Source of the DNA: Longivirga aurantiaca
GTDB lineage: Bacteria; Actinomycetota; Actinomycetes; S36-B12; CAIYMF01
Assembly: GCF_042660085.1 (NCBI RefSeq)
Contig: NZ_JBHSTI010000008.1
Span: forward strand, 1,869,876 to 1,901,875
Length of the DNA: 32,000 nt
Direction of reading: 5' to 3'
Shown: in pieces, positions 1 through 8,391 of the stretch
Layout of the letters: each line of letters starts with the position of its first letter
Position numbering within the stretch: position 1 is the stretch's first letter
The notes under the pieces: generated by a model
Told to the model about the DNA's origin: nothing
Databases searched by the model: none
What the model saw: the letters and a program-made list of their open reading frames with translations, nothing else
Made by a program: the position numbers and the translations under genes

Positions 1-603
1 CGCGACGAGCAGGATCACGAGCGCCGCCACGAGTCCGATGAGCTCGGCGCGACGGTTGGTCTCACGGTCGAGCACGGCGGCGAGCTGGTCGGCGGGCGCC
101 ACCGAGATGCCTGCCTCGGCGACCGCATCGGTGACGCTCGAGGTCAGCTGCTCGGCCAGCGGGCGCGTGATGTCCTTGCCCGAGACGGTGAGCACCACCG
201 AGATCGTGCCGATGGTGCCGTCGTCCGAGAGCTGCCCGTTCCTCGCCGTCGGGGCGGTCGCGCTCGCCACCTCGGGCAGCGTCTCGAGCGCCGTCACCGC
301 ATCGTCGAGAGCGGCCTTCTGCTCGGCGCCGGTGAGGGCGTCGGCCGTCACCACGATGCGCTGGGCCGGGTTGGGCGCGTCGGGGAACGCCGCGCGGGAG
401 ACGTCGATCGCCGCCTGGCTGTCGGCGCCGGGAATGGTGAGGTCGTCGGTGGTCGCGGGGCCGAACCGGCCGATGAGCAGGCCCAGCACGACCGCCAGCA
501 GGAGCCACGCCGCGACCACGCGTCGCGGGTGCTGGGCGCACCGACGTCCGAGCCGCGCGGTCCAGCCGAGGGGCACATCGGTCGCGTGGGCGGCGGTGGG
601 CAC
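1..603 (-). CDS. MMPL-family membrane transporter, N-terminal part only (gene runs off the left edge)
   Basis: Absent from the ORF track because it is edge-truncated. Manual minus-strand translation from GTG at 603 gives VPTAAHATDVPLGWTARLGRRCAQHPRRVVAAWLLLAVVLGLLIGRFGPATTDDLTIPGADSQAAIDVSRAAFPD...NRRAELIGLVAALVILLVA. That is a basic N-terminus, TM1, a large extracytoplasmic loop and the start of the next TM bundle, which is typical MMPL layout. Codon third positions are almost all G/C. Confidence 0.6.
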   Translation of the reverse strand, partial: MPTAAHATDVPLGWTARLGRRCAQHPRRVVAAWLLLAVVLGLLIGRFGPATTDDLTIPGADSQAAIDVSRAAFPDAPNPAQRIVVTADALTGAEQKAALDDAVTALETLPEVASATAPTARNGQLSDDGTIGTISVVLTVSGKDITRPLAEQLTSSVTDAVAEAGISVAPADQLAAVLDRETNRRAELIGLVAALVILLVA

Positions 604-637
604 CCGCGCACCCTACGGGCGGGGGCACCCGGTCGCC

Positions 638-1009
638 CTACGGACGGTCGAGCAGGCCCTCGAGGGCGACGACCTCCGCGGCGAGCCGGTGCGACCGCTC
701 GCTGCTGCCGTACACAGCCATGGCCGACCTGCGCTCGCTGATCTCGACGCGAACCAGCGCGGCGACGTCGTCGTCGGTCAGGACGCGCCGCTCCGCCTCG
801 GCGGCGCCCACCCCGGCTGCCGCGCCCGCGACGTGCTCGGACTGCAGGGTCCCCGCGTCGCTGCCGGCGGGCAGAGGGACGGCCTCGGCGTTGCCGATCG
901 CACCGAGGAGGCTGCGCAGCGCCGACACGGTGACGGCGTCGTGCGAACGGACGGCTTCGCTCAGCCAGGTGCGGGCGCGGTTCTCGATCGCCGTCGTGTG
1001 GTCGTTCAC
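638..1009 (-). CDS. GatB/YqeY-like domain protein (aligns only to the N-terminal half of YqeY)
   Basis: 123-aa ORF. The pattern VSALRSLLGAIGNAE...RRVLTDDDVAALVRVEISERRSAMAVYG...EVVALEGLL resembles YqeY (LR.L..A..NE ... LTDEE....L..E.K.R..S...Y ... E...LE.YL). The call is by eye only. Confidence 0.45.
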   Translation of the reverse strand: MNDHTTAIENRARTWLSEAVRSHDAVTVSALRSLLGAIGNAEAVPLPAGSDAGTLQSEHVAGAAAGVGAAEAERRVLTDDDVAALVRVEISERRSAMAVYGSSERSHRLAAEVVALEGLLDRP

Positions 1010-1034
1010 GGCCCGATCCTGTCAGGGATCGCCG

Positions 1035-1592
1035 TCAGTCGAAGAGGGTGCCCTCGTCGGCGGGTCGGGCCCCCTCGTGCGCGAGCAGCGCCGCCTTGAC
1101 CCGCAGGCCGTAGGCGTAGCCGCCGAGGGTGCCGTCGGTGCGCAGGATGCGGTGGCAGGGGACGAACGGCGCGACCTTGTTGCGGGCACAGGCCTGGCCG
1201 GCGGCGCGGACGGCGGCCGGGCTGCCGGCGCGCTCGGCGAGGCCGGCGTAGGAATCGGTCTCCCCCGCCTTCACCCCGCGCAGCTCGTCCCACGCGCGCT
1301 GCAGGAACGGCCCTCCGGGCTGGCTCACGAGGACGTCGTCGAGCGCGTCGACGTCGCCGCCGGCGTACCGCTCGAGCGCGTCGACGGCCGCCTTCGTGGC
1401 GCCACCGCCGCGCGGCGCCGGGTGGTGGCCACGCGCCTGCTCGGCCTCGGTCAGGAACGCGAACGTCGCGTCGAGGCTCTTCCAGCCCGAGGCCACCACG
1501 GCGCCCGTGACCGGGTCGGCGACGACGACCACCGAGCCGCCCGGGAGGGCGACCTCGGCCGTCTCGTACGGCGGCAGCGTGTCGACGGTCAT
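1035..1592 (-). CDS. ogt: Methylated-DNA--protein-cysteine methyltransferase (O6-alkylguanine transferase)
   Basis: C-terminal part of track ORF 1035..2945. The real start is ATG at 1592 (MTVDTLPPYE). The active-site motif is VPCHRILRTDGTLGGYAYG (PCHR). The start overlaps the stop of the upstream gene by 4 nt (ATGA, 1589-1592). Confidence 0.85.
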   Translation of the reverse strand: MTVDTLPPYETAEVALPGGSVVVVADPVTGAVVASGWKSLDATFAFLTEAEQARGHHPAPRGGGATKAAVDALERYAGGDVDALDDVLVSQPGGPFLQRAWDELRGVKAGETDSYAGLAERAGSPAAVRAAGQACARNKVAPFVPCHRILRTDGTLGGYAYGLRVKAALLAHEGARPADEGTLFD

Positions 1593-3100
1593 GACGGCTC
1601 CTTCACGGGGGCGGGGGCGAGCGAGGTCCAGAGGTGCTGGGCGGCGTACGAGCGCCACGGGCTCCAGGCCGAGACGTGGGCGCCGAGGGCACGGGCGGCC
1701 TCGGGCAGGCCGAGCGCGCCGGCGGCGTGCCGCAGGCCGAGGTCGGACGCCGGGAACGCGTCGGGGTCGGCCAGAGCGCGCAGCCGCACGTAGCCGGTGG
1801 TCCACGGGCCGGCCCCCGGGATCGCGAGCAGCGCGGCCTCGACCTCGTCGAGGTCGGGCGAGCCGAGCGCCACGCTGCCGTCGGCGACGGCGGCCGCGAG
1901 CGCCACCAGCGTGCGCGCCCGCGACCCGGGCATCCCGGTGATGGCAGCGGGGTCGAGCGCGGCGATCGCCGCCGGCCGCGGGAACGCGCGCAGGCCGCTC
2001 TCCCCCGCCACCTCGGTGCCGTGCGCGGCCACCAGCCGTGCGAGCAGCGTCCCGGCCGCCGCGACGGACACCTGCTGCCCGACGACAGCGCGGACGACGG
2101 TCTCCCACGGGTCGACCGTGGTGGGCACGCGCAGACCGGGGTGGGCGCCGACGAGCGGCGCCAGCGCGGGGTCCAGACCGAGCGCGGCGTCGACGGTCGC
2201 TGGGTCGGCGTCGAGGTCGAGCCACCGGCGTACCCGGCGCACGAGCGCCGCGGTGTCGCGCACGTCTGCCCCCGAGCGCACCACCACGTGGTCTCCGTGC
2301 ACGGTCACCTCGGTGACCGCCGCACGGGTCGGCAGCGGTACCACGCGGCGGTGGGTCCAGCGTCGGCCCGGCACGTGCTCCTCGAGGCCCGCGACCGTCC
2401 GGGCGGCGAGGAACGCCCCGAGCGCGTCGGCGTCGTACGGCGGCCGCAGGCGCAGGCGCAGCACGAGGGCCGGGTCGGCCGACGGGATCCGCTCGGACGG
2501 CGTACGCCGCAGGCCCGACGGCGCGATGCCGAACTCCCGGCGCATCACGTCGTTGAACTGCCGGACGCTCGAGAAGCCGGACGCGAACGCGATCTCCGCG
2601 AGCGACAGGTCGGTCTGCTCGACGAGCAGCTTCGCGGTCTGCGCTCGACGGCTGACCGCCAGCTGCAGCGGGCCGGCGCCGACCTCGGCGACGAGGCTGC
2701 GGTGCAGGTGCCGCTCGCTCACGTGCAGCGTGCGGGCGAGCCCCGCGACGCCGCCGTCGTCGATGGCACCGTCGGCGATCAGCCGCAGCGCCCGGCCGAC
2801 GAGGTCGCCGCGGTGGTCCCAGTGCCGCGACCCGGGTGCGGAGTCGGGCCGGCAGCGTCGGCAGGCGCGGAAGCCCGCGCTGACCGCCGCGGCCGGTGCG
2901 GCGAAGAAGCGGACGTTCTGCGCCTTCGGGGTCTGCGCCGGGCACACCGGTCGGCAGTACACGCCGGTGCTCGTGACGCCGAACCAGATGCGGCCGTCGA
3001 AGCGGCGATCACGCGCGGCGAGGGCGGCGTACGCGGCGTCGGGGTCGAGCCCCGCCGGGGCCAGGCCCGGCTGCTCGACGACCTGCACGCGGCTGCTCAT
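1589..3100 (-). CDS. alkA: Ada-AlkA fusion: Ada Zn-binding methylphosphotriester domain + AraC HTH + AlkA DNA-3-methyladenine glycosylase
   Basis: Track ORF 1589..3163, with the start trimmed to ATG 3100 (MSSRVQVVEQ). It has an Ada N-terminal Cys cluster (GVYCRPVCPAQ ... FRACRRCRP) and an AraC-type HTH (LSLAEIAFASGFSSVRQFNDVMRREFG). The HhH-GPD glycosylase half includes GIPGAGPWTTGYVRLRALADPDAFPASD. The architecture and the coupled ogt match M. tuberculosis Rv1317c/Rv1316c as I recall them. Confidence 0.85.
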   Translation of the reverse strand: MSSRVQVVEQPGLAPAGLDPDAAYAALAARDRRFDGRIWFGVTSTGVYCRPVCPAQTPKAQNVRFFAAPAAAVSAGFRACRRCRPDSAPGSRHWDHRGDLVGRALRLIADGAIDDGGVAGLARTLHVSERHLHRSLVAEVGAGPLQLAVSRRAQTAKLLVEQTDLSLAEIAFASGFSSVRQFNDVMRREFGIAPSGLRRTPSERIPSADPALVLRLRLRPPYDADALGAFLAARTVAGLEEHVPGRRWTHRRVVPLPTRAAVTEVTVHGDHVVVRSGADVRDTAALVRRVRRWLDLDADPATVDAALGLDPALAPLVGAHPGLRVPTTVDPWETVVRAVVGQQVSVAAAGTLLARLVAAHGTEVAGESGLRAFPRPAAIAALDPAAITGMPGSRARTLVALAAAVADGSVALGSPDLDEVEAALLAIPGAGPWTTGYVRLRALADPDAFPASDLGLRHAAGALGLPEAARALGAHVSAWSPWRSYAAQHLWTSLAPAPVKEPS

Positions 3101-3157
3101 GCGGATGATCCTGCCCCATGCCGTCGCCATACGACTGGCGGAAATCGGACCCCACCG

Positions 3158-3175
3158 CCGCACGCCCCCGTGCGG
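3158..3175 (-). terminator. GC hairpin immediately downstream of the DAHP synthase stop
   Basis: CCGCACG-cccc-CGTGCGG forms a 7-bp perfect stem with a 4-nt loop, 5 nt beyond the stop at 3180-3182. There is no U-tract, which is common in high-GC actinobacteria. Confidence 0.4.
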
Positions 3176-3179
3176 GAGG

Positions 3180-4517
3180 TCAGGGACGCGGACGGTCGAG
3201 CAGGAAGTCGGCGACGTCGAACGCGAGCTCGAGGCTCTGCACGCGGTTCAGCCGCGGGTCGCACGCGGTCTCGTAGCGGTCGCCGAGCTGGTCCTCGGTG
3301 ACGCCCTCGGTGCCGCCGACGCACTCGGTGACGTCGTCGCCCGTGAGCTCGACGTGGATGCCGCCCGGGAACGTGCCGAGCTGCTTGTGCACCTCGAAGA
3401 AGCCGCGGACCTCGTCGGCGACGTCGTCGTACGACCGGGTCTTGTGGCCGGACGCCGCCTCGCGCGTGTTGCCGTGCATCGGGTCGCAGACCCAGACGAC
3501 GGGGTGGCCGCTCGCGGTGACCTTCTCGACGATCGGGGGCAGCGCCTCGCGGATCGTGCCCGCGCCCATGCGGGTGATGAGCGTGAGGCGGCCGGGGACG
3601 CGCTCGGGGTTGAGCCGCTCGCAGAGCTCGACGGCGAACTCCGGCGTAGTGGTCGGGCCGAGCTTCACGCCGACCGGGTTGCTGATGCGCGCGGCGAAGT
3701 CGACGTGGGCGCCGTCGAGCTGACGGGTGCGCTCGCCGATCCACACGAAGTGGCCGGAGACGTCGTAGAGGTCGCCGGTGCGCGAGTCGATGCGCGTCAT
3801 GGCCTTCTCGTAGTCGAGCACGAGCGCCTCGTGGCCGGCGTAGAACTCGACCCGCCTGAACTCCTCGGGGTCGGCGCCGCACGCCGCCATGAACGAGAGC
3901 GCGCGGTCGATCTCGCCCGCGACCTTCTCGTACCGGTCGCCCGCGGGCGTCTCGGCCACGAAGTCCTGGTTCCACGCGTGGACCTGCCGCAGGTCGGCGT
4001 ACCCGCCCTGGGTGAACGCACGGACGAGGTTCAGCGTGGCCGAGGCGGTGTGATAGCTGCGGACGAGCCGCTGCGGGTCGGGCACGCGGCCGTCGACCTG
4101 GAAGGGCAGTGCGTTGACGCCGTCGCCGTAGTACGACGTCATCTCGACGCCGTCGCGCGACTCGACCGCCTTGCTGCGCGGCTTGAAGTACTGGCCGGCC
4201 ATGCGGCCGACCTTGACGACCGGGAGCGAGGCGCCGTACGTCAGCACGATCGCCATCTGCAGGACGGTCTTGAGCTTGGCGCGGATGTCCTCGGCGGTCG
4301 CGGTGTCGAACGTCTCCGCGCAGTCGCCGCCCATGAGCACGAACGCCTCGCCGCGGGCGGCCTGGGCCAGTCGGCCGGTCAGGTTGTCGCACTCGCCCGC
4401 GAACACGAGCGGCGGCAGCGTGCGCAGCTGCGCCACGGCCGTGCCGAGGGCGTCGACGTCCGGCCACACGGGCTGCTGCGCCGCGGGCAGGTCCGGCCAG
4501 GAGATGTGGTCCACCAT
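3180..4517 (-). CDS. Class II 3-deoxy-7-phosphoheptulonate (DAHP) synthase
   Basis: C-terminal 445 aa of track ORF 3180..4865, with start ATG at 4517 (MVDHISWPDLPAAQQPVWPD). Class II hallmarks include LVFAGECD, GGDCAETF, GRMAGQYFKPRS, VWIGERTRQLDGAHV and CDPMHGNT. The length fits the roughly 450-aa M. tuberculosis AroG type. Confidence 0.9.
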   Translation of the reverse strand: MVDHISWPDLPAAQQPVWPDVDALGTAVAQLRTLPPLVFAGECDNLTGRLAQAARGEAFVLMGGDCAETFDTATAEDIRAKLKTVLQMAIVLTYGASLPVVKVGRMAGQYFKPRSKAVESRDGVEMTSYYGDGVNALPFQVDGRVPDPQRLVRSYHTASATLNLVRAFTQGGYADLRQVHAWNQDFVAETPAGDRYEKVAGEIDRALSFMAACGADPEEFRRVEFYAGHEALVLDYEKAMTRIDSRTGDLYDVSGHFVWIGERTRQLDGAHVDFAARISNPVGVKLGPTTTPEFAVELCERLNPERVPGRLTLITRMGAGTIREALPPIVEKVTASGHPVVWVCDPMHGNTREAASGHKTRSYDDVADEVRGFFEVHKQLGTFPGGIHVELTGDDVTECVGGTEGVTEDQLGDRYETACDPRLNRVQSLELAFDVADFLLDRPRP

Positions 4518-4604
4518 GCGTCCAGGGTAGTTGCGCGCCGCCGGCCCGCTGTACGGAGGCCTCGCCGTGGCGTCGATGAAGGCCGGGAGTGTTGCGCTCT
4601 TGGC

Positions 4605-4645
4605 GACGAAGGCCCCCTTCATCGCGGACGAAGGGGGCCGTTCGT
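4605..4645 (-). terminator. Strong hairpin downstream of the phosphofructokinase gene
   Basis: GGCCCCCTTC (4611-4620) pairs with GAAGGGGGCC (4630-4639) around a 9-nt loop. The stem extends with one bulge to ACGAA/TTCGT (4605-4645). It begins 18 nt beyond the pfk stop (4663-4665). Confidence 0.5.
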
Positions 4646-4662
4646 GGTGTGCGTGCGGTGGC

Positions 4663-5688
4663 TCAGCCGAAGAACGGCCGGGCCTCCTCGTAGCGCTCGA
4701 GCGGGACGGTCTTGAGCTCGCCGGTCGCCTCGATGAAGGGGACGCGGACGATGTTCGTGCTCTGCAGCGCGACCATCTTGCCGAAGTCCTTGGCCGCGAT
4801 CGCGTCGATGGCCGAGAGGCCGAAGCGGGTGGCGAGGACGCGGTCGAACGCGGTCGGCGTACCACCGCGCTGGATGTGCCCGAGCACGACGGCGCGGGCC
4901 TCCTTGCCGGTGCGCGCCTCGAGGCCCGAGGCCAGCCAGTCGCCGATGCCGGACAGGCGCACGTGCCCGAAGGCGTCGAGCGACTGGTCCTTGGTGACCA
5001 TCTCGCCGTCCGCGGGCAGCGCGCCCTCGGACACCACGATGATCGGCGAGTAGTTGGTCTGGAAGCGGCTCTCGACCCAGCCGACCACCTCGTCGAGGTG
5101 GAACGGCACCTCGGGGATGAGGATGCCGTTCGCGCCGCCGGACATCCCCGCGTGCAGGGCGATCCAGCCGGCGTGACGGCCCATGACCTCGACGACGAGC
5201 ACGCGGTGGTGCGACTCGGCCGTGGTGTGGAGGCGGTCGATGGCCTCGGACGCGATGTTCACGGCGGTGTCGAACCCGAACGTGTAGTCGGTCGCGTTGA
5301 GGTCGTTGTCGATCGTCTTCGGCACGCCGACGACCGGCACGCCGAGCTCGTCGAGCTTGGTCGCGACGCCGAGGGTGTCCTCGCCGCCGATGGCGATGAG
5401 GGCGTCGACGCCGGCCTGGTCCATGTTGGCCTTGATCCGATCGACACCCCCCTCGATCTTGATGGGGTTGGTGCGGCTCGAGCCGAGGATCGTGCCGCCG
5501 CGCGGCAGGATGCCGCGGACCTGCGGGATGCCGAGCGGCATGGTGAGGCCCTCGAGGGGGCCCTTCCAGCCGTCACGGAACCCGACGAACTCGAAGCCGT
5601 ACTCGGTCACGCCCTTACGGACGGCCGCTCGGATGACTGCGTTGAGACCGGGGCAGTCGCCGCCACCGGTCAGCACACCGACGCGCAT
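4663..5688 (-). CDS. pfkA: 6-phosphofructokinase (residue signature suggests the PPi-dependent type)
   Basis: Track ORF 4663..5727, trimmed to ATG 5688 (MRVGVLTGGGDCPGLNAVIR). This start is preceded by GAGGAGAA on the coding strand. PFK motifs include GGGDCPGLN, IGGEDT, PKTIDNDL and MGRHAGW. Confidence 0.9.
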   Translation of the reverse strand: MRVGVLTGGGDCPGLNAVIRAAVRKGVTEYGFEFVGFRDGWKGPLEGLTMPLGIPQVRGILPRGGTILGSSRTNPIKIEGGVDRIKANMDQAGVDALIAIGGEDTLGVATKLDELGVPVVGVPKTIDNDLNATDYTFGFDTAVNIASEAIDRLHTTAESHHRVLVVEVMGRHAGWIALHAGMSGGANGILIPEVPFHLDEVVGWVESRFQTNYSPIIVVSEGALPADGEMVTKDQSLDAFGHVRLSGIGDWLASGLEARTGKEARAVVLGHIQRGGTPTAFDRVLATRFGLSAIDAIAAKDFGKMVALQSTNIVRVPFIEATGELKTVPLERYEEARPFFG

Positions 5689-5906
5689 GGTTCTCCTCAT
5701 GCGGTTGGGAACAGGGCTGGGAGGCATGACCGCACTGTCATCGCCTGACCTGACCTATCCAACCGCACCCATGGCAGCGTGTGCACGCTCCCCCTCGGAC
5801 CGGTGGCGAGTCGCTCGACACACCGCGCTCGGGGCGCGCTCGCGCTACCGTGCGCGGACCAGGGCCGCGGGACGGCGGCCCGCGCCCCAGCCGGAGGTCC
5901 TCCCCC

Positions 5907-7391
5907 GTGAGCGTGCTCGCCCTCGACGCCGGAACGACCGGTGTCACCGCCCTCATCGTCTCGGCCGACGCGCAGATCGTCGCGCGGGGCTACTCCGAGT
6001 TCCCGCAGCACTTCCCCACCGAGGGGTGGGTCGAGCACGAGCCGCGCGAGATCTGGGAAGCGGCGCTCGTGGCCGTCCGGGCCGCGCTCGACGCGCTCGG
6101 GCCGGACGGCGACCAGCCGACCGCGGTCGGCATCACCAACCAGCGCGAGACCGCCGTCCTCTGGGACCGCGAGACCCTCGGCTCGCCGCGCCGCGCGATC
6201 GTCTGGCAGGACCGTCGTACGGCGGGGCTGTGCGACCAGCTGCGCGAGGACGGTCACGAGCCGCGCGTGGCCGCCCTCACCGGCCTGCGCCTGGACTCCT
6301 ACTTCACCGCGACAAAGCTGGCCTGGATCGCGCTGAACGAGCCGCACGTGTGGGCGAGCGTGACCTCGGGGCGCACCGCGGTCGGCACGGTCGACTCCTA
6401 CCTCGTCGCCCGGATGACCCGCGGCCTGCACCACGTCACCGACGCGTCGAACGCGTCGCGCACGCTGCTGTACGACATCCACGCCGGCGCCTGGAGCCAG
6501 GAGCTGTGCGACATCTTCCACGTGCCGATCGACGCGCTGCCGGAGGTCGTCCCGTCGTACGGCGTCATCGGGCGCACCGACCCGTCCACGTTCCTCGGCC
6601 TCGACCTCCCGATCGCCGGCATCGCGGGCGACCAGCAGGCCGCGCTCTTCGGCCAGGCCTGCTACGAGGTCGGCACCAGCAAGTGCACCTACGGCACGGG
6701 GTCGTTCGTGCTGGTCAACACCGGCGAGAGGCCCGTGGCGTCCTCCACCGGCCTGCTGACCACCGTGGCCTGGCAGCACCCCGACGGCCGGCTCGAGTAC
6801 GCCCTCGAGGGCTCGGTCTTCGTCACGGGCGCCGCGATCCAGTGGCTCCGGGACGGGCTGGAGATCATCGCGAGCGCGTCCGAGACCGAGGCGCTCGCCC
6901 AGAGCGTGCCCGACTCGGGCGGCGTCGTCTTCGTCCCCGCCCTCACCGGCCTGGGCGCACCCGACTGGGACCCGCACGCCCGGGGCACGATCCTCGGCAT
7001 CAGCCGCGGCACGACCCGCGCGCACATCGTCCGCGCGACCCTCGAGGCGATCGCGTGGGAGGTCCGCGACGTCGTCGATCTCATGGTCCGCGAGGGAGGG
7101 CTCGAGCTCGCCGTGCTCTCGGTCGACGGCGGCGCCTCGGCCAACGGCTTCCTCTGCCAGCTGCAGGCCGACGCCCTCCAGGCACCCGTGGCGCGCGCCG
7201 CGCAGCTCGAGACCACGGGGCTCGGCGCGGCGTTCCTCGCGGGCCTCGCGACCGGCGTGTGGGCGAGCCAGGAGGAGATCGCGCGGACGGTCAAGCACGA
7301 CGCCCAGTTCGAGCCCGGGCCGCGCGACGACCGGGCGCACCGGCGCTGGCGCGTCGCGGTCGAGCGCAGCAAGTCCTGGGCCGTGCTCTAG
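5907..7391 (+). CDS. glpK: Glycerol kinase (FGGY family)
   Basis: Track ORF 5781..7391, trimmed to GTG 5907 (VSVLALDAGTTG) with GGAGG at 5893-5897. Motifs include FPTEGWVEHEPREIW, ITNQRET, WDRETL, IAGDQQAALFGQ, TYGTGSF and VDGGAS. Confidence 0.85.
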   Translation: MSVLALDAGTTGVTALIVSADAQIVARGYSEFPQHFPTEGWVEHEPREIWEAALVAVRAALDALGPDGDQPTAVGITNQRETAVLWDRETLGSPRRAIVWQDRRTAGLCDQLREDGHEPRVAALTGLRLDSYFTATKLAWIALNEPHVWASVTSGRTAVGTVDSYLVARMTRGLHHVTDASNASRTLLYDIHAGAWSQELCDIFHVPIDALPEVVPSYGVIGRTDPSTFLGLDLPIAGIAGDQQAALFGQACYEVGTSKCTYGTGSFVLVNTGERPVASSTGLLTTVAWQHPDGRLEYALEGSVFVTGAAIQWLRDGLEIIASASETEALAQSVPDSGGVVFVPALTGLGAPDWDPHARGTILGISRGTTRAHIVRATLEAIAWEVRDVVDLMVREGGLELAVLSVDGGASANGFLCQLQADALQAPVARAAQLETTGLGAAFLAGLATGVWASQEEIARTVKHDAQFEPGPRDDRAHRRWRVAVERSKSWAVL

Positions 7392-7402
7392 TTCCCGGAC
7401 TT

Positions 7403-7442
7403 GGTAGTGAGAACTCGCAGCAGAGCGCGAGAACTCACTACC
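7403..7442. terminator. Bidirectional hairpin between convergent glpK and plsC
   Basis: GGTAGTGAGAACTCGC (7403-7418) pairs with GCGAGAACTCACTACC (7427-7442). 14 of 16 positions pair, with an internal AA/AA mismatch and an 8-nt loop. It fills nearly the whole 59-nt convergent gap and is locally AT-richer than the surroundings. Confidence 0.55.
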
Positions 7443-7450
7443 GAATCGGG

Positions 7451-8191
7451 TCAGGCGGCGGACGAGGAGGCGCGGAGCGCGTCGGGGTCGGGCTGCTCCA
7501 CCTCGAGCGCCGCGTCGGCCGACATCGTCTTGGCCTTGGCGGCGTACATGTCGACGTACTCCTGGCCCGAGAGCTGCATGAGCTCGTACATGATCTCGTC
7601 GGTCATCGAGCGGAGCACGAAGCGGTCGTTGGCCATGCCCTCGTAGCGCGAGAAGTCCAGCGGTGCGCCGATCGCGATCTTGACCCGCATGATCCTCGGG
7701 CGCACGCGCCCGGGCGGCTGGATGAGGTGCGTGTTGACCATCGCGCACGGGATGACGGGCACGCCGGCCTCGAGCGCCATCCGCGCGACACCGGTCTTGC
7801 CCCGGTAGAGACGGCCGTCGGGCGAGCGGGTGCCCTCGGGGTAGATGCCGAGCAGCGCACCGCCGTCGAGCACGCGCAGCCCGGTGCGCAGCGCAGCCTC
7901 CGACGCCTTGCCGCCCGAGCGGTCCACGGGCACCTGGCCGACGGCGGACATGAAGAGCTTGGTCAGCCAGCCCTTGAAGCCGGGCGTGTGGAAGTAGTCG
8001 CTCTTGGCCAGGAACGTGATCTTCCGCTTGCACACCATCGGAAGGAAGATCGAGTCGGAGAACGACAGGTGGTTGCCGGCGAGGATCGCCGCGCCGTCCT
8101 CGGGCAGGTGCTCGAGGCCCACGACCTGGGGGCGGAACAGGAGGCGGAGCAGCGGACCGATGAGGATGTACTTGCACACCCAGTAGAACAC
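7451..8191 (-). CDS. plsC: 1-acyl-sn-glycerol-3-phosphate (lysophospholipid) acyltransferase
   Basis: Track ORF 7451..8311, trimmed to GTG 8191 (VFYWVCKYIL). This start is preceded by GGAGGAGGAG on the coding strand. It has the acyltransferase HX4D motif (GNHLSFSD) and IYPEGTRSPDG. Confidence 0.85.
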   Translation of the reverse strand: MFYWVCKYILIGPLLRLLFRPQVVGLEHLPEDGAAILAGNHLSFSDSIFLPMVCKRKITFLAKSDYFHTPGFKGWLTKLFMSAVGQVPVDRSGGKASEAALRTGLRVLDGGALLGIYPEGTRSPDGRLYRGKTGVARMALEAGVPVIPCAMVNTHLIQPPGRVRPRIMRVKIAIGAPLDFSRYEGMANDRFVLRSMTDEIMYELMQLSGQEYVDMYAAKAKTMSADAALEVEQPDPDALRASSSAA

Positions 8192-8391
8192 CGGCCGTCT
8201 CCTCCTCCCCGTCTCGATCGATCTGGGGCCGCGACCCGTGGGGCCCGCGTCCCTGCTGGTCAGGGCCGCGACGCCGACAGTACGGCGCTGACCTGCCCCC
8301 GAGCAACGCAACCCGGCGGTAGCGTCACCCTCGCACCCTCTCGAGCCGATCGCCGACGGCCCCGGCCGCCCCGTCCCCCAGGAGTCCCCCT

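Noticed and set aside
1797-4715. Very long track ORFs such as 1797..4715 (+, 972 aa), 5297..8401 (+, 1034 aa), 5697..8306 (-, 869 aa), 24127..27444 (-, 1105 aa), 17631..19706 (-, 691 aa) and 29100..31355 (-, 751 aa).
   Set aside because: They lie antisense or out of frame to genes with clear family motifs. They are dominated by Arg/Ala/Pro/Gly and have no recognisable domains. Such stop-free shadow frames are expected in DNA of this G+C content.
4518-4865. N-terminal extensions of real genes in the ORF track. Examples are 3180..4865, 1035..2945, 13134..15197, 16161..17165, 28128..30734, 10126..12120, 17025..19049 and 19730..21397.
   Set aside because: The extensions overlap neighbouring genes or intergenic hairpins, lack family similarity and are Arg/Pro-rich. 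Internal ATG/GTG codons with Shine-Dalgarno sequences coincide with the beginning of the conserved domains.
5740-5760. Short tandem CTGAC-CTGAC-CT in the pfk/glpK divergent region, and the direct repeat GGGCCGCGAC at 8225-8234 and 8263-8272 in the plsC/hydrolase divergent region.
   Set aside because: They are only 5-10 nt long, with two copies each and no symmetry or conservation evidence. They cannot be distinguished from chance.
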